From: Felixounavirus AN17P8
DNA: 64,000 nucleotides
Strand: one strand, 5' to 3'
Sequence record: OZ035742.1
Position numbers and translations under genes: made by a program
Shown here: positions 1 to 10,644 of the stretch, in pieces
How positions within the stretch are numbered: the stretch's first letter is position 1
How the letters are laid out: every line of letters starts with the position of its first letter
The notes under the pieces: generated by a model
What the model was told of the DNA's origin: nothing
Databases searched by the model: none
Seen by the model: only the letters and a program-made list of their open reading frames with translations

Positions 1-14
1 CTGAATAATTCTAT

Positions 15-1631
15 TTGCGGAGGTGCTTAATGGACTTAAATGCTGTTAAGCAGAAGCGAGTGGAAGATGTTAGGAAAGTCCTAGCTGGAGAGTTGGGGCT
101 TTCTGAAGAAGTAAAAGAAATTATCAAATCATTCGGTAAAGACTCCTCTAAATTCCTTCCAACTCAAATTCTGACTTTATTAAGATACACACCAGACCAA
201 GTTCGCCTTATCTTTAAATTGATGACTGATAAGAACTATGTAGCTCCTCAGCCGGGTTCTCAAGAGGTCTTTTTAAACACTAATGCTGACTTGGTTCTCT
301 ATGGTGGTGCTGCTGGTGCTGGTAAGACTGCTGCATTGTTAATGGACTCTTTAAGATTTATTGAAGACCCTAACTATAATGCTGTATATTTCCGTCGAAA
401 TACAACACAGCTACAAGGTGGTTTATGGCCTGCTGCAAAGAAACTATTTGGTAAGTTTGGTGGGATTCCTCACGAGCAGAAAATGACTATCACATTCCCT
501 TCTGGGGCAACTATCAAGTTTACCTACCTAGAACTTGAAAAGCACGCTGAAGGTCATCAGGGTATTGAATACTCAGCTATTTACTTTGACGAAGGTACAC
601 ACTTCTCTGCTTCACAGATTTCATACCTACAAACCCGTCTACGTTCTGGTGCTGAAGGCGATTCATACATGAAGATTTCCATGAACCCAGACAGAGACCA
701 CTTTATTTACGATTGGGTAGAGCCATTCTTAGATGAAGAAGGCTATCCAGACCCTGAAAAATGTGGTCGTATTCGTTGGTATGTAATGAACGATGGTGTG
801 ATGGTTTCTGATTGGGAGAGAGACAAGATTCTTGAAATGTTCCCTCTTGAGATTCCTCAAACATACACCTTTATCTCTGGTACGATTGATGATAACCCAA
901 TCCTTGACTTCTTAGAGCCTAAGTACCGTGGTAAGTTGGAAAACAACACTCCTGTAAACGTTGCAAGACTTCGTTTCGGTAACTGGAAGGCTCGTGCAGA
1001 AGGTTCAAACTATTGGCAAAGACAATGGTGTGAAATTGTTGATTCACTCCCAGAAGATGTATTTGATGTTAGAGCATGGGACTTAGCAGCAACTTTACCA
1101 TCTGAGATTAACCCTAATCCAGACTGGACAGCAGGTGTTAAGATGGGTAAATCTAAAAAAGACGGTTGCTATTATATCATTGATGTAGTAAGATTTAGAG
1201 ATAGACCCTCTGGAGTCGAAACACAAATTAATTTGACTGCTGAAAGTGACGGTAAGCGAACTGGTATTTTTATCCCTCAAGACCCAGGCGCTGCTGGTAA
1301 ATCCTACGCAACATCCCTCATCAGGAAACTTGCCGAGAAAGGTTATCGAGCAAGAGCCAAACCAACAAATAAAGATAAAGTTACCCGCTTTGCGGGATTT
1401 TCTGCTGCTTCTGAAGCTGGACTTGTAAAAGTCTTGAGAGGTAGTTGGAATGAAGCTTACTTTCAAGAACTTGAAGGCTTTTGTGGTGACGGCAAAACTA
1501 AAGATGACCAAGTGGATGCTACCAGTGATGCTTTCAACAGTCTTAACGAAGTTAAATTATTCAAGCCACCATCAATGGGTGCTCACACAGATTTAGTGAG
1601 AGGAAACCCATATGAGGGGCTTAGACGTTGA
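15..1631 (+). CDS. terminase large subunit
   Basis: 538 aa; Walker A-like LYGGAAGAGKT near N-terminus, acidic nuclease-like C-terminal half; sits directly upstream of portal gene; RBS ggaggtg before ATG. Confidence 0.75.
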   Translation: MRRCLMDLNAVKQKRVEDVRKVLAGELGLSEEVKEIIKSFGKDSSKFLPTQILTLLRYTPDQVRLIFKLMTDKNYVAPQPGSQEVFLNTNADLVLYGGAAGAGKTAALLMDSLRFIEDPNYNAVYFRRNTTQLQGGLWPAAKKLFGKFGGIPHEQKMTITFPSGATIKFTYLELEKHAEGHQGIEYSAIYFDEGTHFSASQISYLQTRLRSGAEGDSYMKISMNPDRDHFIYDWVEPFLDEEGYPDPEKCGRIRWYVMNDGVMVSDWERDKILEMFPLEIPQTYTFISGTIDDNPILDFLEPKYRGKLENNTPVNVARLRFGNWKARAEGSNYWQRQWCEIVDSLPEDVFDVRAWDLAATLPSEINPNPDWTAGVKMGKSKKDGCYYIIDVVRFRDRPSGVETQINLTAESDGKRTGIFIPQDPGAAGKSYATSLIRKLAEKGYRARAKPTNKDKVTRFAGFSAASEAGLVKVLRGSWNEAYFQELEGFCGDGKTKDDQVDATSDAFNSLNEVKLFKPPSMGAHTDLVRGNPYEGLRR

Positions 1632-1638
1632 TAGCTAG

Positions 1639-3114
1639 GTGAGAAGAATGGCAGATATTACAGAAACACAAGAAAGCTTACCACCATTTAGAATGGGTGA
1701 AGTAGGTTCTTTGGGTCTGAAGGTTAAGAATGGAAGAATCTATGAAGAACCTCGTCAGGCACTAAGGTTCCCTGAAAGTATTAAAACTTTCCAATTAATG
1801 ATGCGTGACCCTGCTGTAGCAGCATCTGTAAATATTATTAAGATGTTTGTCAGAAAAGTCAACTGGAGATTCGTACCTCCAAAGGGAAAAGAGCAAGACT
1901 CTAAAATGCTTGAAAGAGCAGACTTCTTTAATTCTTTAATGGATGACATGGAGCATGATTGGGCAGATTTTATTAATTCTGTAATGTCATTCTGCACTTA
2001 TGGGTTCTGTGTTAACGAGAAAGTTTATAAGAAGCGTCAGGGTAAGAAAGGGAAGTACCAATCAAAATTCGATGATGGTTTAATCGGATGGGCTAAATTG
2101 CCAATCAGAAACCAGTCAACGCTTGATAAGTGGTACTTTGACGAAGACTTTAGAAAAGTTACTGGTGTTAGACAGAATCTGAGAAATGTTTCACATATTG
2201 CTGGAGCAATTAATCTTGGAGAAAGACCACTGACAAGAAAACTTCCACGAGCTAAATTCATGCTGTTTAAGTATGATGATGAATATGGAAACCCAGAAGG
2301 TCGTTCACCATTACTTAATGCCTATGTACCGTGGAAGTATAAAGTTCAGATTGAAGAGTATGAAGCTGTTGGTGTTTCAAGAGACTTGGTTGGTATGCCA
2401 AAAATTGGTTTACCACCAGATTATCTGGATGAAAATGCAGAACCTGAAAAGAAAGCTTTCGTACAATATTGCAAAACTGTTGTTAATGATATGATTGCAA
2501 ATGACAGAGCAGGTTTAATCTGGCCTAGATATATCGACCCAGATACTAAAGAGGATATTTTTGAGTTCTCATTAGTTTCTAGACAGGGTGCTAAAGCATA
2601 CGATACAGGTTCTATTATTGACAGATATTCCAAGCAGATTATGATGGCATTTATGTCAGATGTTCTTGCTATGGGTCAGTCAAAATATGGTTCATTCTCT
2701 CTTGCAGATTCTAAGACAAGCTTACTAGCGATGTCGGTAGATATTCTGCTGAAGCAAATTAAGAACGTAATTAACCGTGATTTAGTTGCACAGACTTATG
2801 CTCTTAATATGTGGGATGATGAAGAACATGTACAAATCACATATGATGATATCGAAACTCCAGACCTTGAAGCAATTGGTTCTTATATTCAGAAGACTGT
2901 TGCAGTAGGTGCTTTGGAAGTTGACAAAGAGCTATCTAACAAGCTTAGAGAGCATATTGGTCTTCCTCCTGCTGATGAGTCTCAGCCAGTATCTGAAAAG
3001 CTTTCTCCAAATAGCCAAAGCCGCTCAGGAGATGGTTATAAGACCGCTGGAGAAGGTACTGCAAAGACACCTTCAGCAAAAGACCCAAGCACAGCAAATA
3101 AGGCAAATAAATAA
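1639..3114 (+). CDS. portal protein
   Basis: 491 aa ORF immediately downstream of terminase and upstream of protease/capsid genes; synteny and size typical of portal. Confidence 0.6.
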   Translation: MRRMADITETQESLPPFRMGEVGSLGLKVKNGRIYEEPRQALRFPESIKTFQLMMRDPAVAASVNIIKMFVRKVNWRFVPPKGKEQDSKMLERADFFNSLMDDMEHDWADFINSVMSFCTYGFCVNEKVYKKRQGKKGKYQSKFDDGLIGWAKLPIRNQSTLDKWYFDEDFRKVTGVRQNLRNVSHIAGAINLGERPLTRKLPRAKFMLFKYDDEYGNPEGRSPLLNAYVPWKYKVQIEEYEAVGVSRDLVGMPKIGLPPDYLDENAEPEKKAFVQYCKTVVNDMIANDRAGLIWPRYIDPDTKEDIFEFSLVSRQGAKAYDTGSIIDRYSKQIMMAFMSDVLAMGQSKYGSFSLADSKTSLLAMSVDILLKQIKNVINRDLVAQTYALNMWDDEEHVQITYDDIETPDLEAIGSYIQKTVAVGALEVDKELSNKLREHIGLPPADESQPVSEKLSPNSQSRSGDGYKTAGEGTAKTPSAKDPSTANKANK

Positions 3115-3614
3115 TGGCTGAAGTTATCTCTATTTCAAATGCTACACGAGTGCATTCGTATAGAGGTGTTCTTATCGTTACTGACAAATTATCTGCAGAG
3201 GCTGGCTCAAGGGTCAGCCTTTCAGGTTATGTAAGTGATGGTGGAACCTCTGACGTTTTCACTATTTGCAGGTTACTTGATGCACCAATGAGTGGAAAAC
3301 CGTTTATTTTAGGAAATTGTAGTGAAATTGTTAAAATTCCATTTGACAGTTCATGCCTTTTGGGTGTAAAGTTATATAACTGCGAGAATAAACGTATCAA
3401 TGTTAATAGCATTGAAGCCGCTTTCATTACCCTCGACACTGCATTTCAATCTCCAATGACAGTTAATAAAGAAACAAACAGACTTGAGTACATTTTTTCA
3501 CAAAATGATTACAAAGTACTTGTCAAAGGTAAAGTATATGATATGATTGTAAATGTGGTAGATGAATCTGGTAACCATTCAACAGTCCTTAAACAAAAAG
3601 TAAGGTTTAATTAA
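3114..3614 (+). CDS. hypothetical head-module protein
   Basis: 166 aa ORF, start overlaps portal stop (ATGA-type coupling); no recognisable motif. Confidence 0.4.
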   Translation: MAEVISISNATRVHSYRGVLIVTDKLSAEAGSRVSLSGYVSDGGTSDVFTICRLLDAPMSGKPFILGNCSEIVKIPFDSSCLLGVKLYNCENKRINVNSIEAAFITLDTAFQSPMTVNKETNRLEYIFSQNDYKVLVKGKVYDMIVNVVDESGNHSTVLKQKVRFN

Positions 3615-3946
3615 TGGGAACATTAACTATTGATGGTAAGAATAAAATCCTCGCCACGCTAACCCCAACGACTATTATTTTACACAATGTAGACCCAACG
3701 GCAGACCCTACAGCAAATAAGGTTACTCAGCCAGTGGCTATTTATTTTTCTGAACCGGATAATGGCTTAATTGCCTCAGAAGATACAGTTAATATTACTG
3801 TTCCAGCTTCTGCAACGGTCTCACACTATAGCTTGTGGGATGCTAACGATAAATGCGTGGCAACTGGTGCTCTTAGCAAACCTCAATTCTTTGCTGAAGA
3901 AGGTATCTATGTTATCTCTTCAGTCTCTGTAGATTTAAACAAATAG
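3614..3946 (+). CDS. hypothetical head-module protein
   Basis: 110 aa ORF translationally coupled to upstream ORF. Confidence 0.4.
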   Translation: MGTLTIDGKNKILATLTPTTIILHNVDPTADPTANKVTQPVAIYFSEPDNGLIASEDTVNITVPASATVSHYSLWDANDKCVATGALSKPQFFAEEGIYVISSVSVDLNK

Positions 3947-3957
3947 GGTGAGTAAAA

Positions 3958-5304
3958 ATGAGTTCGAATATCTTCAGACTTGCTGATAGATTATTCAACC
4001 AACCTTTACTAGCCACTGAATCATTAGCTCACTCAGCAGCAACTTATGTGAATAACAGATTGCTGGGTGATGTCCAAGCAGCAGTAAACTTTGATAAACC
4101 CAAAGGTGAAGCAAGAAGTCTTTTAAAAGTAAAAGATGACATTGCTATTATCCCTATTATGGGCGGTTTAACCCATCGTATGACATTCATTGATGCAATG
4201 TGTACAGGTGGTTTAAGCTCTTATGAAGGTTTGCGTAGAGGCTTTGACGAAGCTTTAGCAGATGAGTCGATTAAGACTATTGTTCTGCACATCGATTCTG
4301 GTGGTGGTGAAGCTTCAGGTTGCTTTGAATTAGCACGTCACATTATGGCTTCAAGAGGCCAAAAGAAAATTATTGCTTATGTAGATGAGTTCGCTTGTTC
4401 CGCTGCATACGCTCTTGCATCTTCTGCTGAAGAAATTATTGCATCACCAGATGCAGATGTTGGTTCTATTGGTGTAATTATGGTTCATCAGGAATTAACT
4501 AAAGCATTTGAAAAGAATGGCGTGACAATTAACGTCATCAAAGCTGGTGAGTTTAAAGGTATGGGTTCACCATTCCAAGCACTTTCAGAAGAAAGCAAAG
4601 AAAGACTTCAAAAGAGAATTAATGATACCTACGCAACCTTTACAGGTTTTGTAGCCGAATCTCGTAATCTCTCTGAAGAAGCTGTAAAGAATACTGAGGC
4701 GAATGTTTATTCTGCTCAGGAAGCTCTTGAACTTGGTTTAATTAACTCAATCATGTCTCAAGATGATTTCTTAAATTACTTACAAGGTTCTGAAGAGGCT
4801 CCTGTAAGTTTAAACGTTAACAATTCAGGTGAAGAAATGACTGAACAAGAAAAGCAAGAACTAGAAGCTTTGCGTCTTCAGGTTGCTCAAATGAAAGCTA
4901 AAGAACAGGAAGCTGCTTTGTCAGATTTGACTAATAAGATTTCTGCTTCTGCTGAAGCTTTTGGATTTGATGCAAAAGAAGCTGCAACGACTATTTTAGG
5001 TGCTGGTCTTGATAACCCTCTGAGCGTTCTGTTTATGAATGTTATGGAAGGTGCTAACCAGAAACTTAATGAAACTATCGCGTCCCATGCTTCTGCAATG
5101 GAAGAAAAAGAATCAGAAATCACCAAGCTGAAAGAAACTGCTGGTGCTGTTCTTGAACATTCCAACGCTATGGAAGAAGTGGGTAATGACGGCGAAGCTG
5201 ATTTGGTTGAAGAAGAAAAAGAACCAGCTAAGAATGCTTCCGAAGACACCGCTGAACAACGCAAACTGGCTCTCCAGAATGCTCTAAAATCTCTTATCAA
5301 ATAA
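3958..5304 (+). CDS. prohead protease (S49/ClpP family) fused to scaffold-like C-terminal domain
   Basis: 448 aa; IDSGGGEASG and EFACSAAYALA resemble S49/SppA-type serine protease motifs (lambda gpC-like); C-terminal third is Ala/Glu/Lys-rich coiled coil typical of scaffolding. Confidence 0.65.
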   Translation: MSSNIFRLADRLFNQPLLATESLAHSAATYVNNRLLGDVQAAVNFDKPKGEARSLLKVKDDIAIIPIMGGLTHRMTFIDAMCTGGLSSYEGLRRGFDEALADESIKTIVLHIDSGGGEASGCFELARHIMASRGQKKIIAYVDEFACSAAYALASSAEEIIASPDADVGSIGVIMVHQELTKAFEKNGVTINVIKAGEFKGMGSPFQALSEESKERLQKRINDTYATFTGFVAESRNLSEEAVKNTEANVYSAQEALELGLINSIMSQDDFLNYLQGSEEAPVSLNVNNSGEEMTEQEKQELEALRLQVAQMKAKEQEAALSDLTNKISASAEAFGFDAKEAATTILGAGLDNPLSVLFMNVMEGANQKLNETIASHASAMEEKESEITKLKETAGAVLEHSNAMEEVGNDGEADLVEEEKEPAKNASEDTAEQRKLALQNALKSLIK

Positions 5305-5315
5305 GGAACACAATA

Positions 5316-5693
5316 ATGGCATATCAAGGTTTTACTAAGTTAGGTAAAAGAGAACCTCTGAATGATATCATTCTTTGGGAACAGGTTACCCCAACAGGCC
5401 ACTCTCGTAAAGAGTACACTCCACAGGCATCTACAGAATATCGTGTAGGTGAAGTTCTGAAAGCAGATGGTACTAAGGTACAAGCTGGAGAAGAAGCACA
5501 AGCAGATTCTGTATGTATCGTTAATTTCTACGCAGACCTGCAACTGTCTTATCATGGTCAGTTGAAAGTAGTAGGTATCCACCGTGATGCAGAACTGAAA
5601 GACCTGCTAACTCTTGAATCAAGCGTTGATGCTACTGAAGTCAAGAAAGCTCTGGCTGCTAAAGGTATTGATTTCGTACCAACTGGCCTGTAA
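5316..5693 (+). CDS. head decoration protein (gpD-like)
   Basis: 125 aa ORF between protease and major capsid gene, the position and size of lambda gpD-type decoration proteins. Confidence 0.45.
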   Translation: MAYQGFTKLGKREPLNDIILWEQVTPTGHSRKEYTPQASTEYRVGEVLKADGTKVQAGEEAQADSVCIVNFYADLQLSYHGQLKVVGIHRDAELKDLLTLESSVDATEVKKALAAKGIDFVPTGL

Positions 5694-5726
5694 TAACAAT
5701 AATAAGACATTCTGGAGAATTTTACA

Positions 5727-6833
5727 ATGTTGACTAATTCTGAAAAAAGCAGATTTTTCCTTGCTGACCTGACTGGTGAAGTCCAGTCTATCCCAAATAC
5801 TTATGGGTATATTTCCAACTTAGGTCTGTTCCGTTCAGCACCAATCACCCAAACTACTTTCCTTATGGACTTGACTGATTGGGATGTTAGCTTGCTTGAT
5901 GCGGTAGACCGTGATAGCCGTAAAGCAGAGACTAGCGCACCTGAGCGTGTTCGTCAAATCAGCTTCCCAATGATGTACTTCAAAGAAGTTGAAAGCATTA
6001 CTCCTGATGAGATTCAGGGTGTACGTCAGCCAGGCACTGCAAACGAACTGACTACTGAAGCTGTAGTACGTGCTAAGAAGCTGATGAAGATTCGTACCAA
6101 GTTCGATATTACTCGTGAGTTCCTGTTTATGCAAGCTCTGAAGGGTAAAGTTGTTGACGCTCGTGGTACTCTGTACGCTGACCTGTACAAGCAGTTCGAC
6201 GTTGAGAAGAAGACTGTTTACTTCGACCTTGACAACCCTAATGCTGACATCGACGCTTCTATTGAAGAACTGCGTATGCACATGGAAGACGAAGCTAAGA
6301 CTGGCACTGTAATCAACGGTGAAGAAATTCACGTAGTTGTTGACCGTGTATTCTTCAGCAAACTGGTTAAGCATCCTAAGATTCGTGACGCTTATCTTGC
6401 ACAGCAGACTCCACTGGCTTGGCAACAGATTACTGGTTCTCTGAGAACTGGTGGTACTGACGGCGTTCAGGCTCATATGAACACCTTCTACTACGGTGGT
6501 GTTAAGTTTGTCCAGTACAACGGTAAGTTCAAAGACAAGCGTGGTAAGGTTCACACTCTGGTGAGCATTGATAGTGTAGCAGCAACTGTTGGTGTTGGTC
6601 ATGCCTTCCCTAACGTATCTATGCTGGGCGAAGCTAACAACATCTTCGAAGTGGCATATGGCCCATGTCCTAAGATGGGTTATGCAAATACACTTGGTCA
6701 GGAACTGTACGTATTCGAATACGAAAAAGACCGTGACGAAGGTATTGACTTCGAAGCTCACTCTTACATGCTGCCATACTGCACTCGTCCTCAGTTGCTG
6801 GTAGATGTTCGCGCTGACGCTAAAGGTGGCTAA
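5727..6833 (+). CDS. major capsid protein (lambda gpE-like)
   Basis: 368 aa; position after protease and decoration genes; strong RBS; highest codon regularity in module. Confidence 0.6.
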   Translation: MLTNSEKSRFFLADLTGEVQSIPNTYGYISNLGLFRSAPITQTTFLMDLTDWDVSLLDAVDRDSRKAETSAPERVRQISFPMMYFKEVESITPDEIQGVRQPGTANELTTEAVVRAKKLMKIRTKFDITREFLFMQALKGKVVDARGTLYADLYKQFDVEKKTVYFDLDNPNADIDASIEELRMHMEDEAKTGTVINGEEIHVVVDRVFFSKLVKHPKIRDAYLAQQTPLAWQQITGSLRTGGTDGVQAHMNTFYYGGVKFVQYNGKFKDKRGKVHTLVSIDSVAATVGVGHAFPNVSMLGEANNIFEVAYGPCPKMGYANTLGQELYVFEYEKDRDEGIDFEAHSYMLPYCTRPQLLVDVRADAKGG

Positions 6834-6853
6834 TAAACTTAGGAGGGTTATGA

Positions 6854-7303
6854 ATGTGTTATACAGGCGACCCAGCCAATAACCCTCTTGATAGAGTAAG
6901 AATCCTCTGCACAGACACTAATAATGATGAAATTCTTATTGAGCAGTCTGTGCTAGAGTGGTTCTATCTAGAATCTGGAAAGGATGAAAAGAAAGCAGCC
7001 ATCAAAGCTCTTAAATATTTACTCTTTCAAGTAGCCAAGATGGGAGATGAGAAGGTTGGTGGTGTTTATTTACGTAACTCTTCCAGATTCAAATCTCTGA
7101 AAGCTGTTTATGATGACCTTGTTAAAAGCTCTGTTTCAGGACTACCCTATGCAGGTGGTATTAATCAGTGTGATATTGACATGCGTCGTCAGAATCCTTG
7201 CTCTGTCAAGAAATACACAGAATATGGTGATGCTGCCAGATACGAAGGCAGAGATTACTGCAACCGTGTTAATGGCGTATTTATTATCGAGCGAGATGAA
7301 TAA
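6854..7303 (+). CDS. hypothetical head-tail joining protein
   Basis: 149 aa ORF in head-to-tail junction region. Confidence 0.35.
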   Translation: MCYTGDPANNPLDRVRILCTDTNNDEILIEQSVLEWFYLESGKDEKKAAIKALKYLLFQVAKMGDEKVGGVYLRNSSRFKSLKAVYDDLVKSSVSGLPYAGGINQCDIDMRRQNPCSVKKYTEYGDAARYEGRDYCNRVNGVFIIERDE

Positions 7304-7785
7304 TGGTTAAAAGGGTTATTCACCCCGCTAGAGCAAAATTAGTCGGGGCTATGAAGAACTTGCAAACGGCTAATGCTCAAGTTGGGTATTTTCAAGAACA
7401 AGGTCAACATAGCTCTGGTTTTTCTTATCCTGCTTTAATGTATTTACAAGAAGTTATTGGGGTTCCTTCAGCTTCTGGTAAAGTATATCGTAGGTTGTTT
7501 GAAATCACTATGATGCTAAACAAACAGACCTTGTTAGAGCAGACTAAGAAGAATCTATATAAGCAACTTAGCAGTCTCAACACAGACCCTTCAAATACCT
7601 TAGAAGCATTTGCAAAGAATGCTCAAAAGGCAATTAAAAGGGGCTTTGGTAATTCTGCTATCCTCCCTCCTAACGCACCTTCCACAGTCAAGAAAAAAGG
7701 CTTTAACGCACCTCTTGTTGAGACAGGTGACTTAAGAGATAACCTTGCTTATAAAATTTCTACTAAGAAGGGTATTAAGAAATGA
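7303..7785 (+). CDS. hypothetical head completion/neck protein
   Basis: 160 aa ORF, start overlaps upstream stop. Confidence 0.35.
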   Translation: MVKRVIHPARAKLVGAMKNLQTANAQVGYFQEQGQHSSGFSYPALMYLQEVIGVPSASGKVYRRLFEITMMLNKQTLLEQTKKNLYKQLSSLNTDPSNTLEAFAKNAQKAIKRGFGNSAILPPNAPSTVKKKGFNAPLVETGDLRDNLAYKISTKKGIKK

Positions 7786-8183
7786 GACTCTTAAACAGAC
7801 ACAGCTTTGTAGTAAAGCGTAAAGTCTCTGAAGACGGTTATTACAATGATGATGGTGATTGGGTAGCTTCACAAGATATTGTAGAGGTTAACTGTAAAGG
7901 TAATATCCAGCCATATATCAAAGGTTCTGTAAAGAATGGTACACAGATTGCTTTACCGGAAGGTATCAGGCTTACCGATACAAGAATCCTGTATACCACA
8001 TATAAACTTAGAACTTCAGATGATGTAGAGTGGAATGAGTCTGATATTGTTATGATTGATGGTCATGAGTATGAAGTATTTATGACTATGGATTGGTCAC
8101 AGCAATTAGCCCATACGTCCCATTATGAATATATCATTATTAGAAGGGATAAAATGAATGCAGTTAGAAACAGCAGAACTTGA
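7782..8183 (+). CDS. hypothetical neck protein
   Basis: 133 aa ORF, overlapping stop/start. Confidence 0.35.
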   Translation: MRLLNRHSFVVKRKVSEDGYYNDDGDWVASQDIVEVNCKGNIQPYIKGSVKNGTQIALPEGIRLTDTRILYTTYKLRTSDDVEWNESDIVMIDGHEYEVFMTMDWSQQLAHTSHYEYIIIRRDKMNAVRNSRT

Positions 8184-8757
8184 AAAAGGTCTAGTTAGAA
8201 CCTTAGTGGGTGTTATTGGTCACAGACTAGCTCGTGATAAAAATAATAGGCCAAACGTAATTAGAGCTTACCCTTCTGATAACTCAAATGACAAAGGTTT
8301 AAAACCTGACCAACCATTTATCACCGTATACTGTCAAGATGCTGCAACACCTTATGGTTGGGTTCTTGATAAGTTTGTTGAGGATGATGTAGTTTGTTAC
8401 AGAATTGCTTTTCAGATTCCTGTATTAATTACGGTGAATGGTAAAGGTGCTCACAGTATTATGCTTGAGCTTAAACAACGATTAGAGATGAGTTCAGTCA
8501 GAGATTTAATCCTTGAAGAGACAGGAGCTACAGTACTAGACACTGGAGCTATCCCGAATGACTATACTTATCTCAATACAGATTTCGAAAATTCTGCGCC
8601 TCTTGTTGTAACTCTTGTAAAAAACTCAGTCCTGAAGGATGAACGTGGAAGTATTATTGAGCGTGTCATTGTTGATGGTGAGTTGGTTTATGAAGAAGGA
8701 CAAGAGCCACCAGAATATACTATCCATCTAGATGTAGACTCCAAAGGGGTAAAATAA
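8158..8757 (+). CDS. hypothetical tail completion protein
   Basis: 199 aa ORF immediately upstream of putative sheath gene. Confidence 0.35.
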   Translation: MQLETAELEKGLVRTLVGVIGHRLARDKNNRPNVIRAYPSDNSNDKGLKPDQPFITVYCQDAATPYGWVLDKFVEDDVVCYRIAFQIPVLITVNGKGAHSIMLELKQRLEMSSVRDLILEETGATVLDTGAIPNDYTYLNTDFENSAPLVVTLVKNSVLKDERGSIIERVIVDGELVYEEGQEPPEYTIHLDVDSKGVK

Positions 8758-10110
8758 ATGTGGAATCCAATTGTTAATGTAGATATTACATTGAACACCG
8801 CAGGAACTACAAGAGAAGGTTTTGGTTTGCCACTATTCTTAGCTTCAACAGATAACTTTGAAGAAAGAGTGCGTGGTTACACTTCCTTAACTGAAGTTGC
8901 TGAAGATTTCGATGAGAATACTGCTGCATATAAGGCTGCTAAACAACTTTGGAGTCAGACTCCTAAAGTAACTCAGCTTTATATCGGTAGACGCGCTATG
9001 CAGTACACTGTATCAATTCCTGATGCCGTTACAGAAAGTACAGACTACTCAATTACTGTAGCTGCTGGCGGTGGAATTTCTCAACCATTCCAGTATACAG
9101 CACAAAGCTCAGATACTGCTGAGGTAGTTTTGCAACAGTTTAAAACACAGATTGAAGCTGACCCAACAATCAAAGATAAGGTTTCTGTGAACGTAACTGG
9201 TAGCAATGGTTCTGCCACAATGATTATTACCAAAGCTGGTGATAATGACTTTGTGAAAGTAACAACCACAGCACAGACTGTATATATTGCAAGTACAACT
9301 GCCGATACAGCATCAACTGCTCTGGCAGCTATCGAAGCTTATTCTACCGACTGGTATTTCATTGCAGCAGAAGACAGGACTCAACAGTTTGTCTTAGCAA
9401 TGGCTTCTGAGATTCAGGCTCGCAAGAAAATCTTCTTTACAGCTAACTCCGATGTAACAGCCCTGCAAGGTACAGAATTAGCCAGTGCAAATGATGTTCC
9501 AGCACAGCTTGCTAAGAATATGTACACTCGTACAGTTTGCTTGTGGCATCACGCAGCAGCAGAAGATTACCCAGAGATGGCATACATTGCTTATGGTGCT
9601 CCATATGATGCAGGTTCAATTGCTTGGGGTAATGCTCAGCTAACTGGTGTGGCAGCTTCTCTACAACCATCTAATCAGAGACCACTGACAAGTATTCAGA
9701 AGTCTGCTTTAGATGCACGTCACTGTAACTTTATTGACCTTGATGGTGGTGTTCCAGTGGTTCGTAGAGGGATTACTTCTGGTGGGGAATGGATTGATAT
9801 CGTCCGTGGTGTTGACTGGTTAGAATCAGACCTGAAAACTTCTCTGAGAGACTTGCTAATTAATCAGAAGGGTGGTAAGATTACTTATGATGATACTGGT
9901 ATTACCCGTATTCGTCAAGTCATTGAAACCTCTCTGCAAAGAGCAGTCAACAGAAACTTCCTGTCATCTTACACAGTTAATGTTCCTAAAGCCTCTCAAG
10001 TTGCTTTAGCAGACAAGAAAGCTCGTATCCTGAAAGACGTTACCTTCGCAGGTATCTTAGCAGGGGCTATCTTGGATGTTGACTTGAAAGGTACAGTGGC
10101 TTACGAATAA
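8758..10110 (+). CDS. tail sheath protein (putative)
   Basis: 450 aa ORF followed by a 148 aa ORF, a chaperone pair and tape measure: the canonical sheath-tube-chaperone-TMP order of contractile tails. Confidence 0.5.
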   Translation: MWNPIVNVDITLNTAGTTREGFGLPLFLASTDNFEERVRGYTSLTEVAEDFDENTAAYKAAKQLWSQTPKVTQLYIGRRAMQYTVSIPDAVTESTDYSITVAAGGGISQPFQYTAQSSDTAEVVLQQFKTQIEADPTIKDKVSVNVTGSNGSATMIITKAGDNDFVKVTTTAQTVYIASTTADTASTALAAIEAYSTDWYFIAAEDRTQQFVLAMASEIQARKKIFFTANSDVTALQGTELASANDVPAQLAKNMYTRTVCLWHHAAAEDYPEMAYIAYGAPYDAGSIAWGNAQLTGVAASLQPSNQRPLTSIQKSALDARHCNFIDLDGGVPVVRRGITSGGEWIDIVRGVDWLESDLKTSLRDLLINQKGGKITYDDTGITRIRQVIETSLQRAVNRNFLSSYTVNVPKASQVALADKKARILKDVTFAGILAGAILDVDLKGTVAYE

Positions 10111-10125
10111 TAGAGGTAAATTGGA

Positions 10126-10572
10126 ATGGCTATGTATCAGCAATATTCCCCTAAAGACGTTGTATGTAGCTGGAATGGTATTGCCATTGAAGGCTTTGCC
10201 CCAGACTCATTCTTGCGTCTACAGAGAACATCACCACTCGTGACACCAGTTGTTGGTGCAGGTGGTCAAGTTGCTCTGACACGAAATGCAGACAAGACAG
10301 GTACTATTGAGATTGAGCTAATGCAGACTTCTCTCTCTAACCAGATGCTTTCTGCAATTCAAGCTAAACAAGACAATATGGAACTTGAAGAAGATATCTC
10401 TTCTAACTTCGTAATCTACGACCCATCAGGCTCTGTTCTGGCAACTGGTATTAACGCTTGGTTGCAGGAGTTACCACAGATTGAACTTGGTCGTGACCAG
10501 AACTCTAAAACTTGGATTTTTGGTTGTGAGAAGTTAGACTACACTTCTACAATTCCAGCGTCAAGTGTTTAA
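10126..10572 (+). CDS. tail tube protein (putative)
   Basis: 148 aa ORF after sheath; followed by strong terminator. Confidence 0.5.
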   Translation: MAMYQQYSPKDVVCSWNGIAIEGFAPDSFLRLQRTSPLVTPVVGAGGQVALTRNADKTGTIEIELMQTSLSNQMLSAIQAKQDNMELEEDISSNFVIYDPSGSVLATGINAWLQELPQIELGRDQNSKTWIFGCEKLDYTSTIPASSV

Positions 10573-10583
10573 TAAATCCTATA

Positions 10584-10617
10584 AGGGGGAGACTTTAAAA
10601 GGTCTTCCCCTTTTTTG
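10584..10617 (+). terminator. rho-independent terminator
   Basis: GC-rich hairpin aagggggagac...gtcttcccc followed by TTTTTT. Confidence 0.6.
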
Positions 10618-10644
10618 TTTCTTTTAAAGTATTAAGGAATCACA

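Noticed and set aside
1095-1511. Antisense and alternative-frame ORFs inside terminase (also 1246-1428)
   Set aside because: Embedded within the terminase coding region on the wrong strand or frame; typical spurious ORFs.
5835-6761. 308-aa ORF on the minus strand inside the major capsid gene
   Set aside because: Fully antisense to a well-supported capsid gene in a unidirectional operon; low-complexity translation with no start context. Treated as a shadow ORF.
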